DNA from: Paecilomyces variotii
Taxonomy: Eukaryota
Assembly (NCBI GenBank): GCA_004022145.1
Contig: RCNU01000008.1
DNA length: 64,000 nucleotides
Reading direction: 5' to 3' (one strand)
A program made the translations under genes and the position numbers. The notes under the pieces are model-generated. The model did no database searches, was not told the origin of the DNA, and saw only the letters and a list, made by a program, of their open reading frames with translations. This document shows positions 60,777 to 64,000 of the stretch, in pieces (position 1 is the stretch's first letter; each line of letters starts with the position of its first letter).

Positions 60777-63023
60777 CTAGAAGGGAAATCCACCACCAAA
60801 GCCTCCGCGACTGGCGAACGGGTGACCTCCAGCCGATGCGAAGCCACCACCGCCGTTCATCATGTTGAAAAGAATGTTCGGGTCGATGGTGGTCGCGCCC
60901 ATGCCACCACCCATGTTCGAGAAGCCGCCACGGCCAAACATGTCCGCAGGGTCCATGAGATCGTCTCCGTTGTCGTAAGAAGCACGCTTCCTGTACATAC
61001 TGTTAGATCGCGGAACAAACAACAGAAAAAAGAAGAAAAAAAGTAAAGGAAAAACATACTGAGGGTCAATCAGCGTCTCGTACGCCTCTCCGATCTCCTT
61101 GAACTTCTCATCGCTGTCTTCCGCATTGCGGTTCTTGTCAGGGTGGTATTGGATGGCCAACTTGCGATAAGCCTTCTTGATCTCCTGGTCCGAAGCGTCC
61201 TTGGACACTCCCAGGATCTTGTAGTAATCCTTCCTTTGACTCTTCTTGAGCTCGAACTCGGCGTTGCGAATGTCCTCCTGGATGCCCTTCTCACCCGGAT
61301 TGGCCTCCGCAACAGCCTTGTACTCCTTGACGGCCTCCTCCCAGTTGCCCGAAGCACCGTAGGCCTTGGCACGGACCTTCTGCGCCTTGAGGTAGGACGG
61401 GTCTATCCGCAGGGCCTCTGTACAGTCCCTGATAGCGTTGTCATACTCCTTCAGATTGATGTAGGCCTGCGCACGGTTCTGCAAGACCTTGGAGTTGACG
61501 TCCTTGTTGTCAGGATCGATCTCCAGAGTCGCTGTCCACAGCTCAATGGCCTTCCGGTAGTCGCGGGCCTTGAATGCATTGTTTCCTTCTTCCTTTGTCC
61601 GTGTGAGCTTTTGCACCATGCGGAGCATCTTGATCGCCTGCTTCGAGTCCGGATCCAGACTCAGGCACATCCGCAGATACTTCACCGCCTGGTCGTTGTC
61701 TCCCTGACCATAGAAGGCACGTGCCCGTAGCAGTAGAGCATCTGGGTCTTGGTTGTTCTCCCTCAGCAAGCCGATGGCGATGTCCTGAGCCTTTCCAAAG
61801 GCATTGTCATTGCCCATCTTCAGATGCGCCTCTCCGGTCAGCAGGGCCCACTTTCGTGGCTGCTTGACACCCGTTCCCAGACCCTGGCGGGCCTGATCCA
61901 GACAGAACATAGCCATCGAACCTCCCTTCTCGTTCCTCAACGTTTCCTCCGCCTGTGAGATAAACCGCAGCATCTTCTCGGCAGGAGCTCTGTCAGTGGC
62001 AGACGCCGGTGGCTGCACCCTGGAGAGCACATCGAGAGCGTCCGCAGGGCGTCCCAGATACGTCAAGATCCTGGCCAACCGATGCATGATCTTGGGGTTC
62101 GTCGGATCCAGCTCGTGCGCCCGTTGGCAGTCCTCCAGGGCTTCCCGGTATCGGGCCGCAGAGAGGTAAGCGGCGGCGCGGTTAGACAGGTATGCGGACG
62201 AGTTGGGGTTAATCTCGATAGCTGTTACGGTAGGAGCGCCGTTAATATCCGCTTCGGAAAGGAAGGGAGAGGAAAGGAAAAGGAAAAGAAAAGAAGAAAA
62301 TTCTGCTGGATTTCAGCAACCGCAGCACGAGGCAAACCTACCTTTATTGTACTCCTGAATGGCACGGTTGTAATCGCCTGCCTTGTAGAATTTGTTCCCC
62401 GCCAACTTGAATGACTCCGCGTCCGGCGCTGGAGGGCTCGACCGGTGAGGCGGGGGAGTTGGACTTCTATCTTCCTGTGCGGGACTGGCTCCATTGGGAG
62501 TCTCTCCAGAGGGCGATGTGACGGGAGCAGTATTGGACGACGAGGGGCTCTCCTCGACGTCCATCGAGCTCCGCGCATCTTCTCTGGTAGCCATGGCCGT
62601 GAGGCGGCGAAGCTCGTCGGGCGGTAGGTTTAGCGGATGAGAGTCTTGGTCCCGGTGATCCCGTGCAGAGGAATAGCGGCGCGAGATGGTGAAACTGCGT
62701 TTGTTGGAGGTGGTCGACGAGGAGCGACTGTGCTGGAAATAATCGCGGTGCGAGACAGACTTGGTGGGCGATTTCCGCGGCGACGTTGAGGTGGAAGACG
62801 ACTTTCTCGGCGAGCCGGTGGGCGACGGCCGGTATTCGGGCGACTTGGGCGGCGGCGGCGGAATCACAATACGCTGGGAGAGGGGGTCGATGCGGTCCTT
62901 CTTGTCCTTAACGCGCTCGCTGGATGTCTCTCGCTCTCTGGGCTGACCTTTCTCTTTCTCTTTCTCCTTGGTCTTGGTCTTGTGCTTGTCGGGCGATTTG
63001 GAAAAGATATGATTGAGCACCAT
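60777..63023 (-). CDS. TPR-repeat and J-domain co-chaperone (DNAJC7/Tpr2-like)
   Basis: ATG 63023 (MVLNHIFSK); introns 62222-62341 and 60991-61059; TPRs ([25 protein letters not shown]); C-terminal J domain DYYKILGV...YHPDK; G/F-rich tail. Confidence 0.92.
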
Positions 63024-63286
63024 GAGGAGCTTTTGCGGGTTGCGGGATCGAACTACGACGAAAGCGGTAGAAGGATCGGGGTCTAAGCTTCGCTGAGAAA
63101 GCAGAGAAGGGCGAAAGGAAGAGGGAGAAAGAAACAAGAACAAAGATGCCAGCAACAGAGCACAAAACACAGCACTCAATAACACGGCAGGATGGCTAGA
63201 CGTGGTTTCTTCGCGACCGGAGAGACAGCAGGCCCATTGTGGATGTGGGAGTCAGGATGCGAGCGAGCAGAGCACGAGAAGAAAAG

Positions 63287-63310
63287 AAGAGAGAGAGAGA
63301 GAGAGAGAGA
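63287..63310. repeat. (GA)n microsatellite upstream of the TPR-DnaJ gene
   Basis: Run of agagagagag seen directly. Confidence 0.85.
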
Positions 63311-64000
63311 CCACCCACCACTCTGGAGCTGGAGGTTCTTCTGATCGTCTTTTTTTGTGTCGGTGGAGCTACCAGCAACAAGAGACAAAAGAGCTGATGG
63401 GCAATGCCGACTGTCGCTCGTCAACTTCCCTCCGGGGAGCGCGCCCGGTGGCCGTTAGTGAGCTCACCACTGGGGCCGAATGGGCCTGCGCTGCCCATGG
63501 TGATCGGCTTAGCGTCTGCGCTGCTGGATAAATAGAATCCTATCGATGGCTGTTTTGCTCCCGCTGTGCTTCCTGTCTGGTTGGTGCTGGGTGTTTTGCA
63601 TGAGCCGTGATCATGGACAACCTGGAGGATCTACTCGACCGGCCAAAAAGAAGAGCTGGCTTCCCAGCCACCACGATCCCGACCTTTTTTGTGATGGCCT
63701 GAGATGAGTCTCATGATTCTCATCCCTCACTGGTGGAGACGATGGATCAAGTCCGTGCTGACTTCGAGTAGAAATTATCCTATCGACCTAGCCTGCCTTA
63801 GTTGCTCCCCATTGTTTATATTGCCCCTCGCAGTTGGGGCTGGTGATAACAGAGTTGTATACGCAGTCTGGGAGGCTCCCGACACCTTCATACAGCTTAA
63901 TATAGTTGATAGATCATAATTCTGGTGTACCATAGACATGTGGTCGTAGTATCTAAGAAGAGTGCTGGATATACTGGATGCAGATGCTTAATGACTGTAT

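Noticed and set aside
61143-61730. 195-aa antisense ORF in the TPR-DnaJ gene
   Set aside because: A shadow ORF caused by high third-position GC codon usage.

Overview
Eukaryotic genomic DNA from a filamentous ascomycete, most likely Eurotiales (Aspergillus/Paecilomyces-like), judged from short GT-AG introns with CTRAC branch points and from the gene content. About 20 protein-coding genes, left to right: a partial RBR E3 ubiquitin ligase that runs off the left edge and is absent from the ORF track; a divergent pectin-degradation pair (GH78 alpha-L-rhamnosidase and GH28 exo-rhamnogalacturonase-like enzyme); L-serine dehydratase; a Lys-rich orphan gene; a J-domain protein; a calcineurin-like metallophosphoesterase; 60S ribosomal protein L16 (uL13); an acyl-CoA synthetase with a PTS2; F-box/LRR protein GrrA; vacuolar M28 protease Pff1; a PTH11-like GPCR; another multi-TM protein; an ICMT-family methyltransferase; Mediator Med10; an Ark1/Prk1-family kinase; an ACS-family MFS transporter; a membrane-anchored coiled-coil protein; a type II membrane protein with a PPxY motif; a sugar porter; and a TPR-DnaJ co-chaperone. 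I saw no tRNA, rRNA, CRISPR array or intact transposon. The most notable signals are RhaR-, GaaR- and CreA-type sites in the shared GH78/GH28 promoter, a probably lipid-anchored RBR ligase, an orphan protein with chromatin-type motifs, a Cbf1/Tbf1-like ribosomal-protein promoter module, and an in-frame alternative 3' splice site in MED10. All calls come from manual reading; no database searches were run.
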